A DNA stretch of 44,939 bases from Actinomycetota bacterium (lineage in GTDB: Bacteria > Actinomycetota > Humimicrobiia > Humimicrobiales > Humimicrobiaceae). This document shows positions 1 to 8,296 of the stretch, one piece after another. The DNA lies in the NCBI GenBank assembly GCA_028695395.1, contig JAQVJB010000001.1, positions 1 to 44,939 of the forward strand. Reading direction: 5' to 3'. The first letter of the stretch is position 1, and the number at the start of each line of letters is the position of its first letter. A program made the position numbers and the translations under genes. The notes under the pieces were generated by a model that saw nothing but the letters and a program-made list of their open reading frames with translations, had not been told where the DNA came from and ran no database searches.

Positions 1-158
1 TTCCATGGACTAATATATTAGCTTAAAAATACAATTAAATAAAGCTGGCTTTGCTTTGACTTTTAAAAACAATATTGCTATATATTAATTTTATTATTTT
101 TTTAGAAGTTGTTGAAATCACTTATCTAAAATTGTGGTTTCAGCCAGAGGATTTTATA

Positions 159-2036
159 TTGAAAAAAGATGTTTCAGTACTTACGGGGAATGAAGCAATT
201 GCCTTGGGGGCTCTTGAAGCCGGAGTCGGTTTTGCAAGCGCTTATCCAGGGACACCTTCCACGGAAATACTGGAAAATATTGCAAAGACAGGGGGGATTT
301 ACTGCCAGTGGTCGGTGAATGAAAAAGTTGCTTTGGAAGTTGCTTCAGGCGCCAGTCTTGCCGGCAATAGAGCTCTTGCGGCAATGAAGCATGTAGGCCT
401 TAATGTTGCTTCAGATCCTTTCATGACCCTTGCATACACCGGTGTCAATGGCGGTCTTGTCATAGTATCAGCAGATGATCCAGGAATGCATAGTTCCCAG
501 AATGAGCAGGACAACAGATATTATGCAAAAATGGCAAAAGTCCCTCTTCTGGAACCATCAGATAGCCAGGAATGCAAAGATTTTCTTATTAAAGCATTTG
601 AAATCAGTGAAGAATTTGACTTGCCGGTCCTGCTTAGAACCACAACAAGGATATCCCACTCCGGCTCACTTGTAGAAAAAGGAAAAATCAGGAAACACAA
701 GCCGGATAAAAAATATATAAAGGATCCCATGAAATATGTTATGATTCCTGCATTTGCCAGAACCAGGCATAAGATTCTTCTTGAAAAATTTGAAAGCCTT
801 AAAGAATTTTCAGAAAAAACCAGCATTAATAAAATCATATATGCTGAAGATAAAAGATTTTCAAAGATAGGAATAATTACCAGCGGAGTAAGCTACCAAT
901 ATGCGGCGGAGGCTTTAAATAAGTATCCTGTGCTGAAATTAGGAATGACAAACCCTCTTCCTTTTAATATGATAAAAAATTTTGCATGCGATAAATCTTT
1001 GATAATAGTTATTGAGGAGCTGGAACCATTCATAGAAGAACAGATAAAAGCATCAGGTATTTCCTGCATTATTATTGGAAAGTCTTTTTTTCCTGAATAT
1101 GGAGAACTCAATGGTGAAATAGTCAAAACTTTAAATGACTTTATATCAAGCGAAAAAATATTAGAAAATCTTTCCGCCTATACGTCAGAAGATATTGAAA
1201 AGAAAATAAAAGGTTTTAAAGAAAAAAAATCTAATTTAAATAAAGATAAAGAAAAAAATGAAATAAAATATTTTATTAAAAACAAAATTCCGCCAAGGCC
1301 TCCGGTTCTTTGTGCGGGATGCATGCACAGACCGGTTTTTCATATTTTAAAAAAACTGAAGGTCACTGTTATGGGAGATATAGGTTGTTATACTCTTTCA
1401 GCTTTGCCTCCGATTAGCAGTCTTGATACCTGTCTTTGCATGGGAGCAGGAGTCGGTCAGGCACTGGGAGCTGAAAAAGCAGATAGTTATTATAAGAATA
1501 AAGTAGTATCAGTTATAGGGGATTCCACTTTTTTCCATTCAGGGATAACATCGCTTATTGACAATGTCTTTAACAAAGGGACAGGACTTGTAATAATACT
1601 GGACAACAGAGTTACTGCCATGACCGGCCATCAGGCAAACCCAGGGATAGGCAAGACGCTTATGGGTGATAAAACGCATATGATCCTTCCGGAAAAGATA
1701 GCAGAAGCAGTAGGGGTGAAAAATATAAGAATAGTTGATCCATATGACATAAGCCTGCTTGATAAAACAATAAAGGAGGAATTAAAAAGAGAGGAATTAT
1801 CTGTTATTGTATGCAGACAGGAATGTGCGCTCATAAATAAGAAAAAAAGACTTAAAAAATTTTATATTGATGATTCAGCTTGCAAGCAGTGCGGACTATG
1901 CATGAAACTAGGATGTCCGGCAATTGAATTTAAAAACGATAAATATTTTATCAACCAGGCAATATGTACTGGCTGTGATGTCTGTTCCCAGATTTGCCCC
2001 TGGGATTCTATTAAAATAAATAATGAGAATAACTGA
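159..2036 (+). CDS. iorA: Indolepyruvate:ferredoxin oxidoreductase alpha subunit (IorA)
   Basis: Track ORF 75..2036. It has the IorA architecture: N-terminal LTGNEAIALGALEAGVGFASAYPGTPSTEI, TPP-binding region (GDIGCY ... GDSTFFHSG) and two C-terminal [4Fe-4S] ferredoxin motifs (CKQCGLCMKLGCP; CTGCDVCSQICP). iorB follows. Start moved to in-frame TTG 159 (AGAGGA at 146-151, 7-nt spacer). Residues from 75-158 look like non-coding read-through. Start is uncertain (132 or 159). Confidence 0.9.
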   Translation: MKKDVSVLTGNEAIALGALEAGVGFASAYPGTPSTEILENIAKTGGIYCQWSVNEKVALEVASGASLAGNRALAAMKHVGLNVASDPFMTLAYTGVNGGLVIVSADDPGMHSSQNEQDNRYYAKMAKVPLLEPSDSQECKDFLIKAFEISEEFDLPVLLRTTTRISHSGSLVEKGKIRKHKPDKKYIKDPMKYVMIPAFARTRHKILLEKFESLKEFSEKTSINKIIYAEDKRFSKIGIITSGVSYQYAAEALNKYPVLKLGMTNPLPFNMIKNFACDKSLIIVIEELEPFIEEQIKASGISCIIIGKSFFPEYGELNGEIVKTLNDFISSEKILENLSAYTSEDIEKKIKGFKEKKSNLNKDKEKNEIKYFIKNKIPPRPPVLCAGCMHRPVFHILKKLKVTVMGDIGCYTLSALPPISSLDTCLCMGAGVGQALGAEKADSYYKNKVVSVIGDSTFFHSGITSLIDNVFNKGTGLVIILDNRVTAMTGHQANPGIGKTLMGDKTHMILPEKIAEAVGVKNIRIVDPYDISLLDKTIKEELKREELSVIVCRQECALINKKKRLKKFYIDDSACKQCGLCMKLGCPAIEFKNDKYFINQAICTGCDVCSQICPWDSIKINNENN

Positions 2037-2661
2037 AAATAAAATAAATAAATATAAAGATAAATACGAAGCTCTTTTAAAAAAAGAGGAGACGATATCT
2101 GTTTTATTTGCAGGTGTTGGAGGGCAGGGAATACTTATGGCTACCGCCATAATGGCAAAGGCCTGCCTGTTTGAAGGTTTTGATGTAAAGGTTTCCGAAA
2201 TACACGGAATGGCACAAAGGGGAGGAAGTGTCGTAGGAAGCATAAGATTCGGCAAGAAGGTTTTTTCTCCTACTGTAGATTCTGCAGACTTCGTTGTTTC
2301 GCTTGAGGAAGTCGAACCATTAAGGTATATCGATATTTTTAAGGAAGATAGCATATTAATCTATAATACTTACAGAATTTATCCCTCAAGTGTTTATGGT
2401 GACGGGTATTCATATCCGGAAAATGTCAGACAGCTGCTTTTAAAATTTTCGGAGAATGTTTTTCCTATTGATGCATATAAAGTTGCAAAACAACACGGAA
2501 AAAGCAAGGCAATGAATACAGCTTTGCTGGGTTTTTTCTCAAATTTTCTTCCGATATCTGCCGATAGCTGGGAAGAGGCTATAAAGGATATTGTCTCACC
2601 GGCAGTTCTTGAAATTAATTTAAATACTTTTAAAGCAGGCAAAAGTATTATCTATCAATAA
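2023..2661 (+). CDS. iorB: Indolepyruvate:ferredoxin oxidoreductase beta subunit (IorB)
   Basis: LFAGVGGQGILMA and HGMAQRGGSV motifs of the PFOR-gamma-like IorB family. Overlaps the iorA stop by 14 nt, which suggests translational coupling. About 25 aa of Lys-rich N-terminal extension. Confidence 0.88.
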   Translation: MRITENKINKYKDKYEALLKKEETISVLFAGVGGQGILMATAIMAKACLFEGFDVKVSEIHGMAQRGGSVVGSIRFGKKVFSPTVDSADFVVSLEEVEPLRYIDIFKEDSILIYNTYRIYPSSVYGDGYSYPENVRQLLLKFSENVFPIDAYKVAKQHGKSKAMNTALLGFFSNFLPISADSWEEAIKDIVSPAVLEINLNTFKAGKSIIYQ

Positions 2662-2679
2662 TTTTTTAGGAGGTTTTAA

Positions 2680-3078
2680 ATGCCAATAAAACAATTAACT
2701 GTCTTTTTAGAGAACAAGCTTGGAAGACTGGCTGAGGTTACAAGGATTCTAAAAAGAGAAAATATTAATCTCCAGGGTTTTTCTACGACAGAGGCTAGAG
2801 ATTATGGTATTTTAAGGATAGTAGTATCTGATGTTGAAAAAGCAAGGGAGGCTTTAAAAAAAGCCGGTTTTACAACACATGTAGCTGATGCAATATGCAT
2901 AAGAGTAGAAGACCGTCCCGGCGAATTGCTGAATGTCCTTGATACTCTTTCGGATGCTAAAATAAACATAGACTATATTTATGTAATTGCAGGCACAAGA
3001 GTAATTCTTAGTGTCCCAGAGCTTGAAAGGGCTGAAAAGCTTCTGATTGAAAAGGGATTCTCTATTTGTGCGGATTAA
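2680..3078 (+). CDS. ACT-domain (amino-acid-binding) regulatory protein
   Basis: 132 aa made of two beta-alpha-beta-beta-alpha-beta-like halves (LTVFLENKLGRLAEVTRIL...; IRVEDRPGELLNVLDTLS...), typical of tandem small ACT proteins. AGGAGG RBS 7 nt upstream. Sits between iorB and paaK, as in many ior/paaK clusters. Confidence 0.8.
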   Translation: MPIKQLTVFLENKLGRLAEVTRILKRENINLQGFSTTEARDYGILRIVVSDVEKAREALKKAGFTTHVADAICIRVEDRPGELLNVLDTLSDAKINIDYIYVIAGTRVILSVPELERAEKLLIEKGFSICAD

Positions 3079-3147
3079 AACAATTTTAAAAAAAGCCTTA
3101 TATTTAAGAGGGAATAAACATTTAAATAAATTGGGTTAGGAATATAA

Positions 3148-4464
3148 ATGACATTAGGATTTTTAAATGAAAGTATTGAAACAGCAGATAAAAAAAGCAT
3201 TGAAAAAATGCAGACTGAAAGGCTGAAAAGTACTTTGATAAATGTCTATGAAAACGTATCATTTTATAAAAAAAGGTTGGATGACTGCGGCGTAGATCCA
3301 TATAATTTTAAAAATATTGACGAGCTTCAGAAAATACCTTTTACGACTAAGGAAGATTTGAGGCTGAATTATCCTTTTAATATGCTTGCACGTCCTTTTG
3401 GGGAAATTGTCAGGATACATTCATCTTCCGGGACTACAGGCAATCCTACGGTAGTGGCTTATACCGGAAGAGATATTGAAATTTGGGGTGAAGTAATAGC
3501 AAGACAGCTATTTTCCTTAAATTTGAGAAGAGGAGATATTTTTCAAAACAGTTATGGCTATGGTCTTTTTACCGGAGGTCTCGGCCTTCATTATGGAATC
3601 GAAAAACTTGGCGGTGTTGCCATACCTGTATCAGGCGGAAATACTGAAAGACAGATTAAAATAATGCAGGATTTCTTAACCGGAGTAATTTGCTGCACCC
3701 CTTCCTATGCATTGCATATTGCAGAAGTTGGAACAGAACTTGGAGTTGACTTTTCAAAGCTTGCCTTAAAAGCCGGTGTTTTAGGGGCGGAACCATGGAC
3801 AAACCAGATAAGAAGCGAAATAGAAAAAAGGCTTTCAATTAACGCATATGATATTTACGGACTTAGCGAAGTAATAGGCCCCGGAGTTTCCTGCGAGTGT
3901 TCTTTTAAAAAAGGGCTTCATGTTGCAGAAGATAATTTTATTGTTGAAACTATTGACCCTAAAACCGGAAAAAATGTGCCTGAAGCAAAAACAGGGGAGC
4001 TGGTTTTTACTACGATTACAAAGGAAGGGATGCCTGTAATAAGATACCGGACAAAGGATCTCTCAAATCTAATATATGAAAAATGTGAGTGCGGCAGGAC
4101 GCATGTAAGGATGAAAAAACCTATAGGAAGATCAGATGACATGCTTATAATAAGAGGCGTAAATGTATTCCCTTCTCAAATTGAAGAAGTCCTGATGAAT
4201 GTAAAAGAGATTGAGCCGCATTATCTTATTGTTGTTCAAAAAAAGAATTTTCTTGATTTTATAGAAGTATGGGTAGAAGTCCCTGAAAATATTTTTTCAG
4301 AAAAAATGAATACTCTTGAAATTTTCGAAGCATCCATTGAACATAAACTTTATTCAGCAATAGGGATAAGCATTGATGTAAAACTGAAAGAGCCCAAGAC
4401 TATAAAAAGAAGCGAAGGTAAAGCAAAAAGGGTTGTTGATATGAGAAGAGGGGAAAAACCTTAA
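3148..4464 (+). CDS. paaK: Phenylacetate--CoA ligase family (PaaK-type aryl-acetate adenylating enzyme)
   Basis: N-terminal LKSTLINVYENVSFYKKRL..., AMP-binding motif HSSSGTTGNPTV, YGLSE, and a C-terminal GRSDDMLIIRGVNVFPSQIE domain, all characteristic of PaaK. Confidence 0.88.
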   Translation: MTLGFLNESIETADKKSIEKMQTERLKSTLINVYENVSFYKKRLDDCGVDPYNFKNIDELQKIPFTTKEDLRLNYPFNMLARPFGEIVRIHSSSGTTGNPTVVAYTGRDIEIWGEVIARQLFSLNLRRGDIFQNSYGYGLFTGGLGLHYGIEKLGGVAIPVSGGNTERQIKIMQDFLTGVICCTPSYALHIAEVGTELGVDFSKLALKAGVLGAEPWTNQIRSEIEKRLSINAYDIYGLSEVIGPGVSCECSFKKGLHVAEDNFIVETIDPKTGKNVPEAKTGELVFTTITKEGMPVIRYRTKDLSNLIYEKCECGRTHVRMKKPIGRSDDMLIIRGVNVFPSQIEEVLMNVKEIEPHYLIVVQKKNFLDFIEVWVEVPENIFSEKMNTLEIFEASIEHKLYSAIGISIDVKLKEPKTIKRSEGKAKRVVDMRRGEKP

Positions 4465-4536
4465 AAGCAGTAAAAGTCATAAGAAAATAGAAAGCTAAAT
4501 AAGTAATTTAAAATAAAAGGATATTAAGATAATAAT

Positions 4537-5430
4537 TTGAAGAATCAAAATCTAATAATTTCTGAAGTTAATAAAATAATTTCTAAAGAAATAAAATTTC
4601 TTAATAGCTATTATAATTACGATTTGAAAAGATTTTGCTGCCCTGATTTATTTTATAGCCCGGCTTTTCTTGCTTTTTTTAATATTGAAGAGATACAGGA
4701 TTTCAAGATAGGCGAAAGCCATAAAGTAAATAATCATATTCATGAAAAAGAAAATATAGTACTATTTGATACTTATAAAATAATTAATCTTGTTGCCGGC
4801 ATAGAACTTCTTGTGATTGGATTAAAGATACATGCATCACAGGAAAGTATATTCAGAAAGACTTTCAGCAAATCGGAAGAGCCGGAAAAAATAATTGATA
4901 AAAATTATACTATAGAGCTTCTTTTTGGTGACATTTTTTATTCAAGAGCTATCTCTTACCTGATTAACTTTGACGATTTTATAATTTTTGACAACATATT
5001 AAGATCGATATTGTCAACTCATCAATCAAGGATAATTATTCATCAGAGAATAAAAGATATGTTTAATGACAGTAAAAATATTAAATGGTTTTTCAATGAA
5101 GGCTTTTCTCAGGTAAAAATGTTAAATGCATTATTGAAAGAAATATTATTTACGGGGTTAGGCGTATCAAATTTCGATGTTTCAGGGGAAAAAACAAAAG
5201 ATTTTCTTCTTATTATTGATAAGATAATTTTATTAAAGACATATGATGACTTGATTGATTATATCGGGCATTCATTACCGGGAACCTATATAAAAGATAA
5301 CTATAGTCCTGTAAATTACTTTAAAAAAGAAGCAATAGTCACGAAGAAAGTTTTGGAATTAAAAATAAATAAATTAAAACCTGAATGGATTAAAAAAAAT
5401 TTTTTGAAATTATTTTTTAAGTTTGCTTAA
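4537..5430 (+). CDS. Hypothetical protein; degenerate polyprenyl-synthase-like paralog lacking the first Asp-rich motif
   Basis: TTG start. By-eye alignment to the canonical synthase at 7287..8270: SPAFLAF ~ RPALFLI; AGIELLVIGLKIHASQES ~ AGIEILHTASLIHDDIID; LLFGDIFYSRAISYL ~ YAGDYLFTYAFYLL; KTYDDLIDY ~ QINDDLIDI. The second DDxxD is kept. The first is replaced by ASQES and the GGKRxRP basic motif is missing. The functional call is inference. Confidence 0.55.
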   Translation: MKNQNLIISEVNKIISKEIKFLNSYYNYDLKRFCCPDLFYSPAFLAFFNIEEIQDFKIGESHKVNNHIHEKENIVLFDTYKIINLVAGIELLVIGLKIHASQESIFRKTFSKSEEPEKIIDKNYTIELLFGDIFYSRAISYLINFDDFIIFDNILRSILSTHQSRIIIHQRIKDMFNDSKNIKWFFNEGFSQVKMLNALLKEILFTGLGVSNFDVSGEKTKDFLLIIDKIILLKTYDDLIDYIGHSLPGTYIKDNYSPVNYFKKEAIVTKKVLELKINKLKPEWIKKNFLKLFFKFA

Positions 5431-5527
5431 AAATTTATTATTAATTTTTTTGATATAACCGTTGATTTTTTATGCGATATACTGGAAAAATGAAAAAATC
5501 AATTAGTGGATTTATTGGTGAATCATA

Positions 5528-7252
5528 GTGATAAAAGCAGATCTTACATTATTGCATGCTCCAAGCGTATATGACTTCAGGGAAAAAAGTATTTTCTATG
5601 GTCCGATGAGCGACCTTGTTCCTTCATCACCGATATTTGAAATGTATCCCATAGGATTTCTTACATTGTCAAATTATCTTGAAAAGAGGGGGATCAGGGT
5701 AAGAATAATAAATCTTGCTTATCTTATGATGGATGACAAAGATTTTGATGCAGAAAGATTAATAAGCAAGATAAAGACAAAAGCTTTCGGGATAGATTTA
5801 CACTGGCTTCCGCACTGCCAGGGTTCAAACGAAATAGCAAAGATAATAAAGAAATACCATCCGGATGTCCCGGTTATTTTTGGGGGTTTTTCGTCGTCAT
5901 ATTTTTATAAAGAACTTATTGGTTTTAAGCATGTTGATTTTGTAGTGCGGGGGGACTCAGCTGAAGAACCTTTATATAGGCTGATGAGTGCAATTAAGAA
6001 TAACGATGATTATCTCCCCTTTATAAGGAAGATACCTAATCTTGTCTGGAAAGAGAAAGACGAGATACATGAAAATCCGATAAGCTGCATATCAAAGGAT
6101 CTTGGTGAAATTGATTTTGATTACAGAGTAATGTTTAAACAGGTTTTAAGATATAAAAGCCTTAAATCTATCATCCCTTTCAGCGACTGGCTGAATTATC
6201 CGGTTACGACAATCCCTATTATCAGGGGCTGCAATAAGAATTGTTCAGGCTGCGGCGGTTCAAAAAATGCCTTTGAACTTTTTGGCAAAAGAATCAAGCC
6301 TGCATTCCGGGACCCTGCAAAGCTTGTAGATGAAATCCTGATAACCCAGAGATATATTGATGCGCCCGTATTCATACTTGGAGATATGACTCAGGGTGGG
6401 AGAAGCTATCTTGAAGAATTTTTTATAAATACAAAAAGATTAAATAAAGATATCCAGATATTTTTTGAATTTTTTGAGCCTCCGGATGAATGGTTTTATG
6501 ACAAAATCGCAGATAATTTTAATAATTTTTGTTTTGAGATATCTCCGGATTCACATGATGAAAATATCAGGAAAAAGATGGGTAAAAATTTCAGCAATAA
6601 CCAGCTGATATCAAGCATTAAATATGCTCTTGAAAAAGGCGCCGGCAGATACGATCTTTATTTTATGACAGGATTGCCGACCCAGACTAAGGAATCAATA
6701 ATGCAGACCGTTGATTTCTGTGAAGAACTTTACGAAACGCTAGGCTGGGATAAAAGGTTTATGCCATTTGTTTCACCCATGGCTCCGTTTATAGACCCTG
6801 GAAGCAGGGCATTTGAAAATCCTGATGAATTTGGCTATGTGATAACAAGAAAGACTCTGTCAGAGCATATAGAAGCGATTACAAGACCTTCCTGGAAATA
6901 TATTCTTAATTATGAGAGCAAATTTTTATCAAGAGATGATATGGTGGAAGCTACTTATGACTGCGCCATAGGATTGAATGCTCTCAAGGGCAGAGCAGGA
7001 AGCATAAGCAAAAAATCAATGAAGGAAAATGAAGAAAGGATTATGTCCGCCAAACGCATTATGTCTGAAATAGACAAAATTGTAGCAGGCGATAAGGACT
7101 GGATGCACAGCAAGGATTTTGAAAATCTGAAAGATAAAGCAATGAAGTACAGCCTTTCAACAGTGTGCGACAAAAAAGAATTGGAATTTCCCTTAACGAA
7201 AAAAAATTTCAAATGGTTTTCGATAATAAAGACTGTTCTTTTTAACAGGTAG
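5528..7252 (+). CDS. Cobalamin-binding-domain (class B type) radical SAM protein
   Basis: GTG start with GGTGA RBS. N-terminal Rossmann-like B12-binding-type domain (YPIGFLTLSNYLEKRGIRVRIINL ... VIFGGFSSSYF ... VDFVVRGDSAEEPL), then the radical SAM cluster motif RGCNKNCSGCGGS (CX3CX2C). 574 aa. Confidence 0.85.
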   Translation: MIKADLTLLHAPSVYDFREKSIFYGPMSDLVPSSPIFEMYPIGFLTLSNYLEKRGIRVRIINLAYLMMDDKDFDAERLISKIKTKAFGIDLHWLPHCQGSNEIAKIIKKYHPDVPVIFGGFSSSYFYKELIGFKHVDFVVRGDSAEEPLYRLMSAIKNNDDYLPFIRKIPNLVWKEKDEIHENPISCISKDLGEIDFDYRVMFKQVLRYKSLKSIIPFSDWLNYPVTTIPIIRGCNKNCSGCGGSKNAFELFGKRIKPAFRDPAKLVDEILITQRYIDAPVFILGDMTQGGRSYLEEFFINTKRLNKDIQIFFEFFEPPDEWFYDKIADNFNNFCFEISPDSHDENIRKKMGKNFSNNQLISSIKYALEKGAGRYDLYFMTGLPTQTKESIMQTVDFCEELYETLGWDKRFMPFVSPMAPFIDPGSRAFENPDEFGYVITRKTLSEHIEAITRPSWKYILNYESKFLSRDDMVEATYDCAIGLNALKGRAGSISKKSMKENEERIMSAKRIMSEIDKIVAGDKDWMHSKDFENLKDKAMKYSLSTVCDKKELEFPLTKKNFKWFSIIKTVLFNR

Positions 7253-7286
7253 CAGCAAAATAAATCAGACAAATTAATTATTTATT

Positions 7287-8270
7287 ATGTTTAAGAATTT
7301 TAAAAAAACTCAGTTCTTAAAAAAAGATTTGGTCATTCTTGACGAATATATCAAATCTATTGTCAAAGATATGAGTGATATGCTAAGCGAAGTACTCGCA
7401 AGCCCTCTTTTGACTGGGGGAAAAAGGATAAGGCCGGCATTATTTTTAATCTGCGCTAAAAATGATAAATATGATATTGGCTATCTTTTACCTGCGGCAG
7501 CAGGGATTGAAATACTTCATACAGCTTCACTCATTCATGACGATATAATCGATAATTCTTTTTTAAGAAGGGGGAATAAGACCATTCATAATATATATGA
7601 TAAGGATACTGCAAGATATGCCGGGGATTATCTTTTTACCTATGCTTTCTACCTGCTGAACAGCTATTCTAATCATTTAATACATAAAGAGATGTCCAAT
7701 ACTTCACAAAGTCTTGTAATGGGGGAGTTTGACCAATTAAAGACTAAAAGTTTCCTGGAGCAGTCCGAAAAAGTTTATCTTGAAAAAATCAATGAAAAGA
7801 CTTCTTCCTTATTCAAGCTGAGCTGTGTTCTTGGCGGTATTTTATCTGGCTCAGAAGAAAAAGACATTGAGAATATGAGGAAGTTCGGAGGTTTTCTCGG
7901 CATGGCTTTCCAGATAAATGATGACCTGATAGATATAAATATAAACAAACCGGCTGATAAAGTAGGCAAACCAATAGGAAACGATGTAAGACAGGGCAAC
8001 ATAACGCTGCCTATCATATATGCATTAAGGGATAACAAAATCAATTCCGAAATAAAAAAACTACTAAAAAAGAAAGATTTTTCTGAAAATGATGCGGACA
8101 GGATATTAAAATTAATCAACGAATCTGAAGTTATTGAAATAGTAAGAAAAAAAGTATTTTATTATTTAATAGAAGCAAAGAGGATTGCCTCTGAAATAAA
8201 GGGCAGCGTAAGGCGAAACGGCCTGGTCGAAGTATGTGACTATCTTACGGGAACAATAGAAAGAAACTGA
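7287..8270 (+). CDS. trans-Polyprenyl diphosphate synthase (IspB/HepT/GGPPS family; chain length unknown)
   Basis: All canonical regions are present: GGKRIRP, first Asp-rich motif LIHDDIIDNS, GDYLF, KTSSLF, second Asp-rich motif FQINDDLIDI, and GKPIGNDVRQGNITLP. Confidence 0.9.
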   Translation: MFKNFKKTQFLKKDLVILDEYIKSIVKDMSDMLSEVLASPLLTGGKRIRPALFLICAKNDKYDIGYLLPAAAGIEILHTASLIHDDIIDNSFLRRGNKTIHNIYDKDTARYAGDYLFTYAFYLLNSYSNHLIHKEMSNTSQSLVMGEFDQLKTKSFLEQSEKVYLEKINEKTSSLFKLSCVLGGILSGSEEKDIENMRKFGGFLGMAFQINDDLIDININKPADKVGKPIGNDVRQGNITLPIIYALRDNKINSEIKKLLKKKDFSENDADRILKLINESEVIEIVRKKVFYYLIEAKRIASEIKGSVRRNGLVEVCDYLTGTIERN

Positions 8271-8296
8271 AAAAACTTATTATCAAAAGAGATTAA

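Noticed and set aside
75-158. N-terminal 28-codon extension of iorA in the ORF track. Similar upstream extensions occur at 11816, 23920, 33971, 40713, 41033 and 11637.
   Set aside because: The extensions encode non-conserved residues and lack an RBS, while in most cases an in-frame downstream start has one (at 11834 and 11622 the choice rests mainly on the N-terminal sequence). The starts remain uncertain and are flagged in each feature.
2070-2100. Internal Shine-Dalgarno-like AAGAGGAG inside the iorB 5-prime region, suggesting a later start near the GVGGQG motif.
   Set aside because: No ATG, GTG or TTG codon follows it in frame at a suitable distance, so ATG 2023 is retained.
5528-7252. Identity of the radical SAM as a tetraether/membrane-spanning lipid synthase (Tes/GDGT-MAS-like).
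   Set aside because: Apart from the CX3CX2C motif, the protein has only a few scattered single cysteines. That seems too few for the auxiliary Fe-S and rubredoxin-like sites described for that enzyme. It is kept only as one clade to test in a phylogeny.
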